64,000 nt of DNA from an uncultured bacterium (GTDB lineage Bacteria > Auribacterota > Erginobacteria > Erginobacterales > Erginobacteraceae): contig CAWGIE010000019.1 in the NCBI GenBank assembly GCA_963822585.1, forward strand, positions 249,300 to 313,299, given 5' to 3'. A program made the position numbers and the translations under genes. Of this stretch, positions 27,785 through 38,041 are shown piece after piece. Position 1 is the first letter of the stretch, and each line of letters opens with the position of its first letter. The notes under the pieces were generated by a model, which saw only the letters and a list, made by a program, of their open reading frames with translations, did not search any database and was not told the origin of the DNA.

Positions 27785-28282
27785 TCACTCTTCGGGGGCG
27801 TCGGGTTCCGCGGTCTCCTCGGGTTCGGGGATGATGCCGAAGTGCAGCCCGAGGACATCCCGCATCCGCTCGTTGAGTTTTTCCGCCTCCTCATCCGGGA
27901 GATCAGGATCGATCTCGATCTTGAAACCGTCCGCCGCGTTCTGGATAAGGAGTGTCCCCGCCAGGAAATAGGGAAAAAGTTCCGGGTCGTTCTCCAGCTG
28001 TTTCCGGATCTTCTCCCTTTCTTCCCAGAGCCAGCGCGCCGCCTCGTCCCCTTCCTCCGGTTTCTGCTGGAGTACGGCCCGGACCCGGGCCAGGATAAAA
28101 TCCCTGGTGGTCGGCGAAAGCGCGGAGTCGAACCACATGAAATCGTCCTCCGGCCGGTCCACCATTTTAAAGACCCCGTCCTCGAAATAGGGCAAAAGGA
28201 GCGGGTCGCGCCGCAGTACCCGTTCCACCACGGTGGCGATGAAGCGGTTCTCCTCCCTGAAATCTCTTTCTTCCGGGTGCAT
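27785..28282 (-). CDS. Hypothetical acidic cytoplasmic protein.
   Basis: 165 aa, Glu/Asp-rich, with a GGAAGG SD-like sequence upstream. I recognised no family. Confidence 0.45.
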   Translation of the reverse strand: MHPEERDFREENRFIATVVERVLRRDPLLLPYFEDGVFKMVDRPEDDFMWFDSALSPTTRDFILARVRAVLQQKPEEGDEAARWLWEEREKIRKQLENDPELFPYFLAGTLLIQNAADGFKIEIDPDLPDEEAEKLNERMRDVLGLHFGIIPEPEETAEPDAPEE

Positions 28283-28361
28283 GGTGCCTTCCGGCGGTTC
28301 GTGACGATGTTTATCCGGGGTTATACGCCTATCCGGGTGTTCGCGTAAGGGTATTTTATTC

Positions 28362-28518
28362 GGTTCTCTTCCATTTTGTGTGGGCGGTTATTATACTCAA
28401 AAAGTGCGGCATTTTCTTGAGCTATTTTGGAGTGCATTGACCGTGTCAATGCATGCAGCGACATGGTCGCTGCACTCCATAAGAATCATAATGTACCCAC
28501 ACAAAATGGAAAAGAACC
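28362..28518. mobile_element. MITE-like element of 157 bp with 23-bp terminal inverted repeats and a nested double hairpin.
   Basis: The ends are ggttctcttccattttgtgtggg (28362-28384) and cccacacaaaatggaaaagaacc (28496-28518), with 1 mismatch. The core 28429-28478 is ggagtgca[ttgac-cgt-gtcaa]tgca[gcgac-atg-gtcgc]tgcactcc. Confidence 0.6.
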
Positions 28519-28544
28519 TCTTATTGTAATACCCCCTGGGGCCG

Positions 28545-30233
28545 TCACGTGATCAGCACGATCACGATCCCCCAGATGATCAGGAGCGTGTTGCTGATCG
28601 CGTAGGGGACGGTGTACCCGAGCGCCGGGACCTGGCTCTTGGCCGCTTCGGTGATCGCCCCCAGGGCCGCGGTGGTCACCCGGGCCCCGGCGTTGACGCC
28701 CAGATTGATCGGGGGATCGAACTTGAAAATATAGCGCCCGATCAGAACCCCGGCGATCATCGGGATCGAGGTCGCGGCCACCCCGGCGATGAAGAGGGCC
28801 AACCCCAATTCCTTGAACCCGGTCACGAAACTTGGCCCCGAGTCGATCCCGACCACGGCGATGAACATCGTCAGCCCCACCGAGTTCATGATCCAGAGCG
28901 CCGGGGCCGGTATCCGCCCGAAGGTGGGGTGAACCGACCGCAGCCAGCCGAAAATCAGCCCGGCGATCAGGGCGCCCCCGCTGGTCGAGAGCGAGAGCGA
29001 GACGCCCCCGATCCGGACCGCCAGCGCCCCCACCAATCCTCCCAGGAGGATCCCGAAACCGACGAAAACCATGTCGGTCATCGTGGTCTCCCGGTCGGGA
29101 TAGCCGATTTTGGTGGCGATTTGATCCACGTCCTTGACCGCCCCTACCAACCGCAGCCGATCGCCGCGGTTGAGTTTCAAGCCCGCGTTCACCGGCAGTT
29201 CCTGCCCGGCCCGGATGACCTGGCGCAGGAAGACCCCGTGAAAAGCCTTGCGCACCAGGTCGGAGGAAGCGAGCTCGCCCAACGTCTTGCCGGCCACCTT
29301 CTTGTTGGTCAGGACCACGTCCAGCCGCTCTATCGGGACATCGAGAAGCTGGCGGTCCTCGACTTCGGGCCCGAATATCTTCTCCCCCTCTCTGACCAGG
29401 ACCGCGTGGGAGCCGGCCACGGCGATGATATCGCCCTGCCGCAGAACCGTCTCCGGGGTGGCCGGGATCAGTTCCCCGTCCCGGTGGACGCGCTCGATCT
29501 CCAGACGATCACCCCGGCAGATATTCTCCGCCTCATCCACCGTCTTTCCGTCAAGCTCCTCGTTCTCCAGCCGGTAGCTCCGGGCAGTAAAAACCCGGTA
29601 GGCGGAGAGACCGTCCATCTCCTTCCCCCCCGACATCTTCTTCTCGTATTCCCGACAGGCGTCGGGGAGATTGACCCCCAGGAGTTTCGGCCCCAGGACG
29701 GCCAGGATCCAGGCCGTCCCCGCCGTCCCGAAGATGTAGGTCACCGCGTAGGCCACCGGGATGTGGTTGATCATCGTTTTCGTCTGGGCGGCCTGAAGAC
29801 CCAGGTTATTGATGGTGTTCGTCCCCACCCCGATCACCGCCGAGATGGTCTGCGAACCGGCGAAGAGACCGGCGGCCGTCCCGGGATCGAAACCGGCCAG
29901 TTTGGCCGCGATCCAGGTCACGGCCAGGCAGAGGACGCAGATGACGACCGCGAAGATGACCTGGGGGAAGCCGTCGCTCTTCAGACCCCGGAAGAACTGG
30001 GGCCCCACACTGTAGCCGACCGCGAAGAGGAACAGCAGGAAGAAGACCTGTTTGACGTCGGGGGAGACCTTGATCCCCAACTGCCCGACCAGAACCCCCA
30101 TCAGGAGGGTCCCGGTCACGGCGCCCAGGCTGAAGCCGCCGATCTTGATGTTGCCGATCCAGTATCCCAGTCCCAGGGTGAGAAAGATCGCCAGTTCCGG
30201 ATACGTCCGCAGGGTGTCAATCAACCAGTGCAT
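28545..30233 (-). CDS. YidE/YbjL/AspT-family transporter (duplicated permease halves flanking two RCK-C/TrkA-C domains).
   Basis: 562 aa. The N-terminus is LAIFLTLGLGYWIGNIKIGGFSLG, there are two central soluble TrkA-C-like segments, and the permease domain is repeated. Confidence 0.8.
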   Translation of the reverse strand: MHWLIDTLRTYPELAIFLTLGLGYWIGNIKIGGFSLGAVTGTLLMGVLVGQLGIKVSPDVKQVFFLLFLFAVGYSVGPQFFRGLKSDGFPQVIFAVVICVLCLAVTWIAAKLAGFDPGTAAGLFAGSQTISAVIGVGTNTINNLGLQAAQTKTMINHIPVAYAVTYIFGTAGTAWILAVLGPKLLGVNLPDACREYEKKMSGGKEMDGLSAYRVFTARSYRLENEELDGKTVDEAENICRGDRLEIERVHRDGELIPATPETVLRQGDIIAVAGSHAVLVREGEKIFGPEVEDRQLLDVPIERLDVVLTNKKVAGKTLGELASSDLVRKAFHGVFLRQVIRAGQELPVNAGLKLNRGDRLRLVGAVKDVDQIATKIGYPDRETTMTDMVFVGFGILLGGLVGALAVRIGGVSLSLSTSGGALIAGLIFGWLRSVHPTFGRIPAPALWIMNSVGLTMFIAVVGIDSGPSFVTGFKELGLALFIAGVAATSIPMIAGVLIGRYIFKFDPPINLGVNAGARVTTAALGAITEAAKSQVPALGYTVPYAISNTLLIIWGIVIVLIT

Positions 30234-30397
30234 CGCGCCCTCCTAAAATCATGGAGTGTTGGAGTGCTGGAATAATGGAGAAGGGGAGACCGGTACTCCA
30301 TTATTCCGTGTTTATGATTTCAATTCAGTTTCTGCACTAAAGGTAAGCCCCTGTCATATAACAAAAGCTAACTATCTTGTGGTGGCTGCTTGTCCGC

Positions 30398-30451
30398 CTG
30401 TTTCGGAATTTCAATAATCGGAGTTTTCCGATTATTGAAATTCCGAAACAG
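30398..30451. repeat. Perfect 25-bp-stem hairpin of the 'CTGTTTCGGAATTTC' family.
   Basis: ctgtttcggaatttcaataatcgga-gttt-tccgattattgaaattccgaaacag. Confidence 0.9.
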
Positions 30452-30521
30452 CAAGGAAATCATCCTATCAGGGAGGATCGGGCCGGGCAATGAAAAGGAG
30501 GGGGTACCGGTAAGCAAGCGC

Positions 30522-31283
30522 TCACGGCAGCCGCTTTTCCCGACCCGTCTTCTCGCCGAGGAGATCTTGGAAACGGAGAGCGTCCTCCCACATGCTCGTG
30601 TTGTTGAAAAGGCAATAGGTATCCCGTCCGGGCGGGATCATGTTTTCCAGCATCTTCAGGTCGCCGGCGGTGTAGCGGTAACGATAACCGCCGATACCGT
30701 GCAGGCGGTAATAGGCGACCTCCCCGGAGATCTGACGGTTCCGGAAAGGATCGACAACGTGGATCAGGTCGGCCTGCCGGCAAAGCCGTTTAATGGTGCT
30801 CTCCTCCCACTTACCCCGGGGCTCCCAGCCCAGAAGAAAATCTTTCCGGTCGATGGCTGAGAAGAAAGAGAGAAGGTTCTTCTCATTCTCCGGAGTGGGC
30901 TGAAAACTGGCCGGGCACTGAAAGACGATGACCGGGGCCCGGAGTGCGGACGCGATCGCCTCGGTCGTCCGCCAGGCCGCCATCACCTCTTCGGTGGGGC
31001 GGAAGAAGCCGTACTTTTCCCGATCGGCCGCGGCGATCGGATGCCCCAGCCGGCGATAGGTGGGAGATGATGGGGGATGGGTGATCAGCTGCCAGGCCTT
31101 AAGCGTGAACCGGAAGTTATCCGGAGCTTCCTCCCTCCACCGGATGGCCGTTGCCATCCGGGGCGGACGGTAAAAGGTCTGCTGGATCTCGATCAGGGAG
31201 AAATGCCGCCAGTACGTCCCCTGGGCGCGGGAGAAGCCGCAGCATCCGACCTCGATCGGTTCTTTCCCCTCACTTTTTTTCAT
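30522..31283 (-). CDS. DUF72 (UPF0759) family protein.
   Basis: 253 aa. It has GCCGFS...YWRHFSLIEIQQTFY...FRFTLKAWQLITH..., a DUF72-type pattern. Confidence 0.75.
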   Translation of the reverse strand: MKKSEGKEPIEVGCCGFSRAQGTYWRHFSLIEIQQTFYRPPRMATAIRWREEAPDNFRFTLKAWQLITHPPSSPTYRRLGHPIAAADREKYGFFRPTEEVMAAWRTTEAIASALRAPVIVFQCPASFQPTPENEKNLLSFFSAIDRKDFLLGWEPRGKWEESTIKRLCRQADLIHVVDPFRNRQISGEVAYYRLHGIGGYRYRYTAGDLKMLENMIPPGRDTYCLFNNTSMWEDALRFQDLLGEKTGREKRLP

Positions 31284-31605
31284 TTCAGATTGACACGCGT
31301 CAATGAGTAATTTCAGACGGAAAAAACCTCAGCTCCGAAACTTTTTTTGCCTCTGATTATTCATTAATTCACCCCGGCTTCGCCCCTTTTCAGCACCTGA
31401 TTTACCTGATTACTCTGATTTTTCCTTTTTCAGAACAATCAGAGTAATCAGGTGCTCAATTCTACGTCAACAGAAAAGCCCCGGAGGCGAATCGACTCCG
31501 GGGCTTCTCAGGAGAAAAACAATGAAAAATATTTGATTTTCACGGATAATACGGATGATTGTTGTTTCCTGATCCAACCCGATTATTTTTTCCGGCATTT
31601 TTCTT

Positions 31606-31857
31606 ATGAAGCGAAAAATATCATGGACCCGGCGCGCCGCGGACGGCGTCAAGCGGGAAGTGCGGGTGGTGGTCTCCCGGGGCGATATCAAATGGCAGTT
31701 CAAGCGGGCTGACGAAGAACGCTGGGACTACGACAGCGCCCCGACCGAAGAGGAGTGGGACATCCTGGAGGAGATCCTCAAACGCCGGATGCACCGGGGA
31801 AGAGGCATCAACCTGATGGAATCCGTGCGCAAGCTCCGGAAGGCGGACGGTGCCTGA
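31606..31857 (+). CDS. Hypothetical small protein.
   Basis: 83 aa. It overlaps the downstream methyltransferase start by 8 nt, which suggests coupling. There is no clear SD. Confidence 0.4.
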   Translation: MKRKISWTRRAADGVKREVRVVVSRGDIKWQFKRADEERWDYDSAPTEEEWDILEEILKRRMHRGRGINLMESVRKLRKADGA

Positions 31858-32971
31858 GATCCGGCAGTTTCTGGCCTCCGCCATCCCGGGCACCGAGCCG
31901 GCACTCTGCGAGGAGCTGCGGGAACTCGGTTTCTCCGGTGTGCGGCTCAACCGCGGAGGCATCCCCTTCCGGGGGACCTGGCGGGAGGGATGGCGCGCCT
32001 GCCTGGTCAGCCGGATCGCCCAGCGCGTCCGGGTGCTTCTCCATCGATTTCCCGCCGCCGATGAAGATGCTCTCTACGCCGGTGTGCGGGCGGTGGACTG
32101 GCGTCCCTTTCTGTCCTGGCGGCAGACCCTCTCGACGGGGGCCGTCTGCCGCGCATCCGCCATCCGGCACAGCGGATTCGCGGCCCTCAAAGTCAAGGAC
32201 GCGATCGTCGATCAGATCCGTGACCACGGCGGGAAACGCCCCTCGGTTTCGCGCCCGGACCCGGACGTCCGCGTTTATCTCTACCTGGTGGAAGACCGGG
32301 CATCGATCTACCTGGACCTCTCCGGCGAGTCCCTCCACCGGCGAGGATACCGCCTCCAGACCGGCGAGGCGCCGCTCCGGGAGACCCTGGCCGCCGCCAT
32401 CCTCCGACTCTCCGGCTGGGACCGCGCCTCTCCTCTTGTTGATCCCCTCTGCGGGTCGGGCACGATCGCGATCGAGGCCGCCCTCTGGGCGGCCGGCCGG
32501 GCGCCCGGGCTCGGCCGTGAGCGGTTCGGCTTCGAGCGCTGGGCCAACTTTGGTGAGGAAGAGAAGCGAGCAATGCGCGAACTCCGGGGGGAACTGCGCG
32601 GAACCGGCTGCGGGAAAGAAACCCGCATCCGGGGTTCCGACCTCGATGAGCAGGTTCTCGAGGCCGCCCGGGCGAACGCGCGGCGGGCCGGGGTCCGGAT
32701 CTCCCTCCGACGCCGCTCGGTCTTCGACCTGCAGGGGGACGAGACCAAAACCTTCCTCGTCACCAACCCTCCCTACGGCGTCCGGCTCGGCGCCGATCCC
32801 GATTTCTGCCGCCGGGTCGGGGCCGTCTTCAGCCGGCTCCACGGCTGGCGGGGCTGCCTGCTGGCCGGATCCCCGGACTACGAGCGCTCGATCTCCCTCC
32901 GTCCCCGGCTGAAAATCCCGCTCCCCAACGGGGACCTCCCCTGTGATTTCTTAGTGTACGATATCCCCTGA
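31850..32971 (+). CDS. THUMP-domain class I SAM-dependent RNA methyltransferase (RlmL/YpsC-like).
   Basis: 373 aa. Motifs: LHRRGYR...APLRETLAAAIL...DPLCGSGTIAIEAA...LVTNPPYGVRLG. Confidence 0.8.
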   Translation: MPEIRQFLASAIPGTEPALCEELRELGFSGVRLNRGGIPFRGTWREGWRACLVSRIAQRVRVLLHRFPAADEDALYAGVRAVDWRPFLSWRQTLSTGAVCRASAIRHSGFAALKVKDAIVDQIRDHGGKRPSVSRPDPDVRVYLYLVEDRASIYLDLSGESLHRRGYRLQTGEAPLRETLAAAILRLSGWDRASPLVDPLCGSGTIAIEAALWAAGRAPGLGRERFGFERWANFGEEEKRAMRELRGELRGTGCGKETRIRGSDLDEQVLEAARANARRAGVRISLRRRSVFDLQGDETKTFLVTNPPYGVRLGADPDFCRRVGAVFSRLHGWRGCLLAGSPDYERSISLRPRLKIPLPNGDLPCDFLVYDIP

Positions 32972-33238
32972 TCGACAGCCGGGTTTTTTATTCGCGGAAC
33001 GAGATTTCGGCCAGGACCGGGCAGTGGTCGGAGAGAAAGGTCCACCTGATTCGGGAACTATCCGCTTCCAAACCGGGCGAGACCCAGATCTGATCGAGGA
33101 CACGATACCCGATAAGGTGCGGCTTTTGATCGATAGGATGTGGCCGGAGATCCGGCTTCCCCAGCCGATCCCCGCCAAGACAGGCCGGGACGGGGTAAGT
33201 ATATTATTACATTACTACCGCCGGCGGCAGCCGGTAGG

Positions 33239-33862
33239 TCATTGCGGTTCGCCCGGGGGGGATGACTCGACCGCCCACTCCCCTTTTCTTTCCTCCCCCG
33301 GCTGAGTCTGCCCTTCGGGGGCTGACCCCTGGCTTTCCGCTTTCAGCGCCTGCTGGCGAGCTTCATCCTCCTGCTGCCGGGCATCTATCTCCTGCTGGAT
33401 TTTCCGTTCCAGTTCCGCTTCCTGCCGCTCCATCTCTTCATCGAGTTTCTTGAGGCGGCGCTCCTCCTCGGCCTGTTGTTTCTGTTGTTCCTGTTCTTCC
33501 CGCCGCGCCTGCTCTTCCAGTTCCCGTTGCTGCTGAGCATATTCCCGCGGGTGCTCTTTCTGCCACTTCAACTGGTCCTGAACGGCCTTCTGTTTGCTCT
33601 GCTCGGCGGTCTGGATTTTCGCCTTTTCTTCCGGTGGAAGAGCCGCTTTCTCAGAATAGGTAATGTCCTCGATTTTCTTCCGGGGGATTTTTTTGATGCC
33701 GTCCGCGGTCTGAATGGTCACGTACTCCAGGTCCTCTGCGATGATCTTCCCGGAGTAATTGAACGATTTTGTCCAGACAGTGTCCGGATAGGCGGTGGTG
33801 CATAAGCCCAGAAATAGCACCGCCCCGGTAAACATCACCAGACCGACAGATCTATAACTCAT
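33239..33862 (-). CDS. Membrane-anchored or secreted coiled-coil protein, Glu/Gln/Arg-rich.
   Basis: 207 aa. It has an N-terminal hydrophobic segment and a long EEQARREEQEQQKQQAEEERR low-complexity helix. Confidence 0.55.
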   Translation of the reverse strand: MSYRSVGLVMFTGAVLFLGLCTTAYPDTVWTKSFNYSGKIIAEDLEYVTIQTADGIKKIPRKKIEDITYSEKAALPPEEKAKIQTAEQSKQKAVQDQLKWQKEHPREYAQQQRELEEQARREEQEQQKQQAEEERRLKKLDEEMERQEAELERKIQQEIDARQQEDEARQQALKAESQGSAPEGQTQPGEERKGEWAVESSPPGEPQ

Positions 33863-33915
33863 CTCTGTTGAATCTCCTCCCGACAGGATGCGGCTTTCTG
33901 CGTCTCACCGGATAA

Positions 33916-34170
33916 TTATAGACGGTCGGGACGCCGGGGGAAAGTGAAAATATGGATCGACCGGTTCTTCCAGACCAGGCCCTGATTGTAGGGGGCGATG
34001 GGGATGAGATCCCGGGAGATTTTATCCGGTGTCGCGTCCCGGCTCGCGTCCTCTACCGCCGCGCTGTAATCCGTCCAGAGATCGGCCCGGACGGCCGGAT
34101 CGCAAACACCAGAACTGAAAAGAACCGCCAGAACAGCTCCTATAATGGGATGAGAATACATCCAGCTCAT
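33916..34170 (-). CDS. Hypothetical small exported protein.
   Basis: 84 aa. A strong SD (AAGGAGGG) lies upstream and the N-terminus is hydrophobic (PIIGAVLAVLFSSGV). Confidence 0.45.
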   Translation of the reverse strand: MSWMYSHPIIGAVLAVLFSSGVCDPAVRADLWTDYSAAVEDASRDATPDKISRDLIPIAPYNQGLVWKNRSIHIFTFPRRPDRL

Positions 34171-34245
34171 GACTGCCCTCCTTGGGCGCTTTGGCGCCTT
34201 TTTGCGGTTAATAAAAGCAGGCGACGCGGAGAGAAGGATGATGTT

Positions 34246-36391
34246 TCACCGGGTAACCGGAATATCCCCGCTCCGACCAAAGTAGACACGAAACAGATCA
34301 CGGACCGCCCAGAGGGCGGTGGTATCACGGAAGATCCCGGCGTCGTCCTTCCCGTCCCCGTCATAGTCGGCCGGCACCGGCTGATCGGCGTCGGCGCCGA
34401 AGTAGGCCCGTGTCACCCCTCTCACCGCCCATAAGCCCGCGGCCGGGCGGAAGATCGCGGGCGACCGGGTGCCGTCCCCGCTGTAATCCCCGGGGACCGG
34501 GGTATCCGAGTATGAACCGAAATAGGCCCTGGTCACCTTTCTGATCGCCCAAAGACCCGAAGATTCTCCGAAAGACGGCGATATCCAGCGGTCCCGTCGC
34601 CGTCGTAGTCGCCCGGAACCGGGAGGTCCGATGGAGAAGCGAAGTAAACCCGGGTCACGCCCCGGACCGCCCAGAGGCCGGTCCGGGATCGGAAGACCGC
34701 CGGCTCACACCGGCCGTCCCCGTCGTAGTCGGCCGGGACCGGGGTATCCGGGGAGGCGCCGAAGTAGAGCCGGGTGATGTCCCTCGGATTGCCCAGAGGC
34801 CGGCGGCGGGTCGGAAGATGCCCATCTCGGCGGCGGGGGCGCCGCCGTAAACACCAGGGACCGGGACATCGCCCCCGGCGCCGAAGTAAGCTCGCGTCAC
34901 CCCTCTCACCGCCCAGAGACCGGAAGAGCCCCGGAAGACGGCGATATCGGAGGTCCCGTCGCCGTCGTAATCGCCGGAATCGGGCCGCGCCAGGGCATTG
35001 TATTCATCGGCGCCCATGTCCACTTTTCCCCCGTCGATCCGGGGATCGCCATAATAATCATACTCTCCCCGGAGGTCCGGATCCGACATGTCCCCGGCAT
35101 CAATCGCCGCTGAGCCGAACCTCAGATGAAAGTCATCTCCGTCCGGATCTTCCAGGAGAGGATCGACAAAAAGGGAGGCCGCGTCCTGGGAAGTTCCGGC
35201 GCGGTAGTTCTCGAACCCCGTGTAGAGCGTTCCCCGCCAGTCGACCTCGGCCGCCGACGGGCCGGCGGCGGCGTAATAGAGGTTGTTGTCGAAAGTATTG
35301 TCGACGCTGCCGGTCTCGGCGTGGATGAGGATGTTCTGGGGTCCCGCCCACACGACGTTGTTCCGAATCCGGTTTCCCCCAGCCCAGTTGACGGCGAACT
35401 CCCCATTCCCATCCTTAAGGGTATCGTTTTTATAGAGAGTGTTGCCGGTAAATTCGCAGTCGTTCACCCGGCCACGGGCCTGCTCGTAGCCGCCGAAGAC
35501 AATCCCCGCCTTGTCGTTATCATACACGATATTGTTGCGAACGATCACCCCGGTGACGTTATACCCGGGGTTTTCCGCCCCGATCTCGATCCCCAGGTCG
35601 CACTCATGGACACTGTTCCCTTCAATGACGATGTCCCGGCCCCCGTCCACGTAGATGCCGGCCGCGTATCCGCCGCCGTAGTTGGAACGAGCCCGGTAAA
35701 CATGGTTCCCGCGGCAGACCCCTTCCCGGGCCACACCGTAATTGCCGGTCCAGCTCTCGCCGCCGATGAAGTCGATGCCGATGTTGTTCACGTCGTGAAC
35801 GGTATTGTTGGTGACCTCGAACCCGGTGACGTTGCCGTTCAGGACCAGTGCTTCGCTCTGGGCGGGCTCGCAGTCATGGATATAGTTTCCATCGATGACG
35901 ACCCGGGAGATCGGGGTGGCGCTGTTCCCCAGGATCATGATCCCGACGGCGTCCGAGCCGGTCAAGCCGTACATCCGGTTGTTTCTGATCTCGATCCGAT
36001 CGCCCCATCCCCGGACCCGGATGCCGGCGCCGTCGGAGACGCCGTGGGAATTGGTGACCTCGATCCCGCTGATCTTGAGATAACTCCGGTTCTCGATCAA
36101 GATCGCATCGGTGTCGGCGTTCGGATCGACGGTCACCGTCGCCCCCGTCCCGGCCCGGAGCGTGATATATCCTGAGATCTCCGACCCGCTCCGGGGAAAA
36201 ACAAGCGCCTCCGGGTAGGTACCGGTGAGCACGGTTACGATGTCGCCGGCATGGGCCGCGTTGAGGGCCTGCTGGATGCTCGCGTAGTCACCGCCGGAAG
36301 GGGAGACGATGATTTCGTTGCTGCGGGCCGGACAGGAGAGCAGGAAGATTGCCGGGAAACAGATGGAGAGGCATATTTGCGGCATCTTCAT
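34246..36391 (-). pseudogene. Right-handed beta-helix (pectate-lyase fold) secreted protein with an FG-GAP/VCBS-like repeat tail. At least 3 frameshifts interrupt the tail.
   Basis: ORF 34655..36391 has a signal peptide and NNxxxDxxxxGI-type beta-helix repeats. The repeat tail continues in other frames (ORFs 34246..34536 and 34361..34552). By hand I can restore GDYDGDG...FR..GLWA.RG...YFG units only by shifting frame near 34785, 34590 and 34565. Confidence 0.65.
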
Positions 36392-36413
36392 TTTACCGCC
36401 CGGTGATATATTC

Positions 36414-36506
36414 CCGCTTCGGATTTTCCCCGATATTCATCGGGATCCCGATAACGATCTTGCTGTTTCGGAATTTCCCCGATAGCCATCGGGATCCCGA
36501 TTATCT
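36414..36506 (+). repeat. Two tandem units of the 'TTCGGAWTTTCCCCGATANNCATCGGGATCCCGAT' hairpin repeat.
   Basis: cgcttcggattttccccgatattcatcgggatcccgataac is followed by ctgtttcggaatttccccgatagccatcgggatcccgattatc. A further unit lies at 37878-37905. Confidence 0.8.
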
Positions 36507-36772
36507 ATATATTTGAATAATGTATCGGGACAATAATCTTATTTTTTCTACGAAAAAATAGGAATGTGCAATCATTGAACCGACAGTGCGGGGATATTTT
36601 AAAGAAAATTCGTGTAATCCTTCGGCTACGCTCAGGACAAGTTTCGCGTAATTCATAGTTCTATTGAGTTGCCCGAGCGAAGCGAGGGCTGAGTTCTATA
36701 ATTATATCATGCAAACACAGAGCGGGGAATGGGCAACGGGAGAAGCCCCGGAAGCCAGGAGATGATCTTGTC

Positions 36773-37825
36773 TTACCGACCCGCCGAGCGGGCGGGCGGA
36801 AGTGTGCTCGGCGCCGGCGGACCGTGGGACTTCAGGTAATTGGCGACGATCCCGGCCACGGCCTTGTTCCCAAACGCGGTGGGGTGGGCCGAGTCAAAAT
36901 GAAAGACGGGATAGGGGGTCAAATCCGGGAATTTCTCAACCAGCTGGTCGAGAAGGTTGATAAAGGGCAGCCCGTTTTCCCGGCAGGGACGGATCACTAC
37001 CTGGTAATTCTTCTCGTAATCGGCGAAGCGTTTCTTGCTCTCGAATTTGGGGAAGATCAGCACCAGCGGCTCAAATCCGAACCGGTCGGCCAGTTTCTTG
37101 AAGTCGGCCAGCCCCTCGGCCACGAAATCTCCCTCGTAGTAATAATCCCGCATCGATTCCCGGACATCCTCCTCGTCGGGGTCGAGGGATTTGAGCCGGA
37201 CGGCGCAGAAAAGAAAGAGTTTGCTTTTGGCCAGGACTCGGGCCAGGGGTTGGGTCAGCATATAGACCAGGCGGCTATTCCTGACCAGGGCCCCCCGGAA
37301 CCGCATGTCCAGTTCGGATTTGTTCCGGTGGTCGTTGAAGCAATACTGCAGAATCACCAGGTCGGGGTGATAAGAGAGTCCTTTTTCCTTGAGCAGTTCG
37401 ACCTCGTTAATGGTGTTGTAGCCCAGGGTTCCGAAGTTGAGAACCTCCCAGCGTTTGCCCCAGACGTTTTCCCGGTTAAGCAGCTGCTCCAGCTGAAAGC
37501 AATAGGTTTCATCGTCCTGGAGGAAGACGCCCATGGTCACGGAATCCCCGATGCAGATGACACGGACCGTATCCGGTTTCTTCGTGTTCGGGTCGCAAAG
37601 ACGGCCCCGGTAGCCGTCCTGGTTGATCTCGATCGCCGTCTTCCGGTAATAACTGACCCCGCTGGGCTTGAGGGTATAACGGAGCCGGGGATTGGTGGAG
37701 AAGACGATCCCGTCGGACGAGATCTCGGCCGTGTCCGGGGCCAGACCCAGAATGCGGATCAGCGCTTCCATCAAAAGGAGCGCGGCCAGCACCGCGCCCC
37801 CCAGGAGAAAAAGATTCTTCTTCAC
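36773..37825 (-). CDS. SGNH/GDSL-family hydrolase with an N-terminal membrane anchor.
   Basis: 350 aa. It has an N-terminal TM helix and the block I motif ICIGDSVTMG. Confidence 0.7.
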   Translation of the reverse strand: MKKNLFLLGGAVLAALLLMEALIRILGLAPDTAEISSDGIVFSTNPRLRYTLKPSGVSYYRKTAIEINQDGYRGRLCDPNTKKPDTVRVICIGDSVTMGVFLQDDETYCFQLEQLLNRENVWGKRWEVLNFGTLGYNTINEVELLKEKGLSYHPDLVILQYCFNDHRNKSELDMRFRGALVRNSRLVYMLTQPLARVLAKSKLFLFCAVRLKSLDPDEEDVRESMRDYYYEGDFVAEGLADFKKLADRFGFEPLVLIFPKFESKKRFADYEKNYQVVIRPCRENGLPFINLLDQLVEKFPDLTPYPVFHFDSAHPTAFGNKAVAGIVANYLKSHGPPAPSTLPPARSAGR

Positions 37826-38041
37826 CGCGAAATGACCTTCGTTACCCTCATTTTCCTATCCTACGATGTGCTCTTATTTCGAGATTTCCCCGATAGCCAT
37901 CGGAGTGCGCATCCTGCACGCGATAAAATATAAGATACCGCGGATTAAGCGGATTTTCTTTTAATCTGCATAATCCGCGGTTAACTCAGTCATGAAGATC
38001 AGTTTACACCTAAATATATTACGTGAAACAGGAAACCGGTC

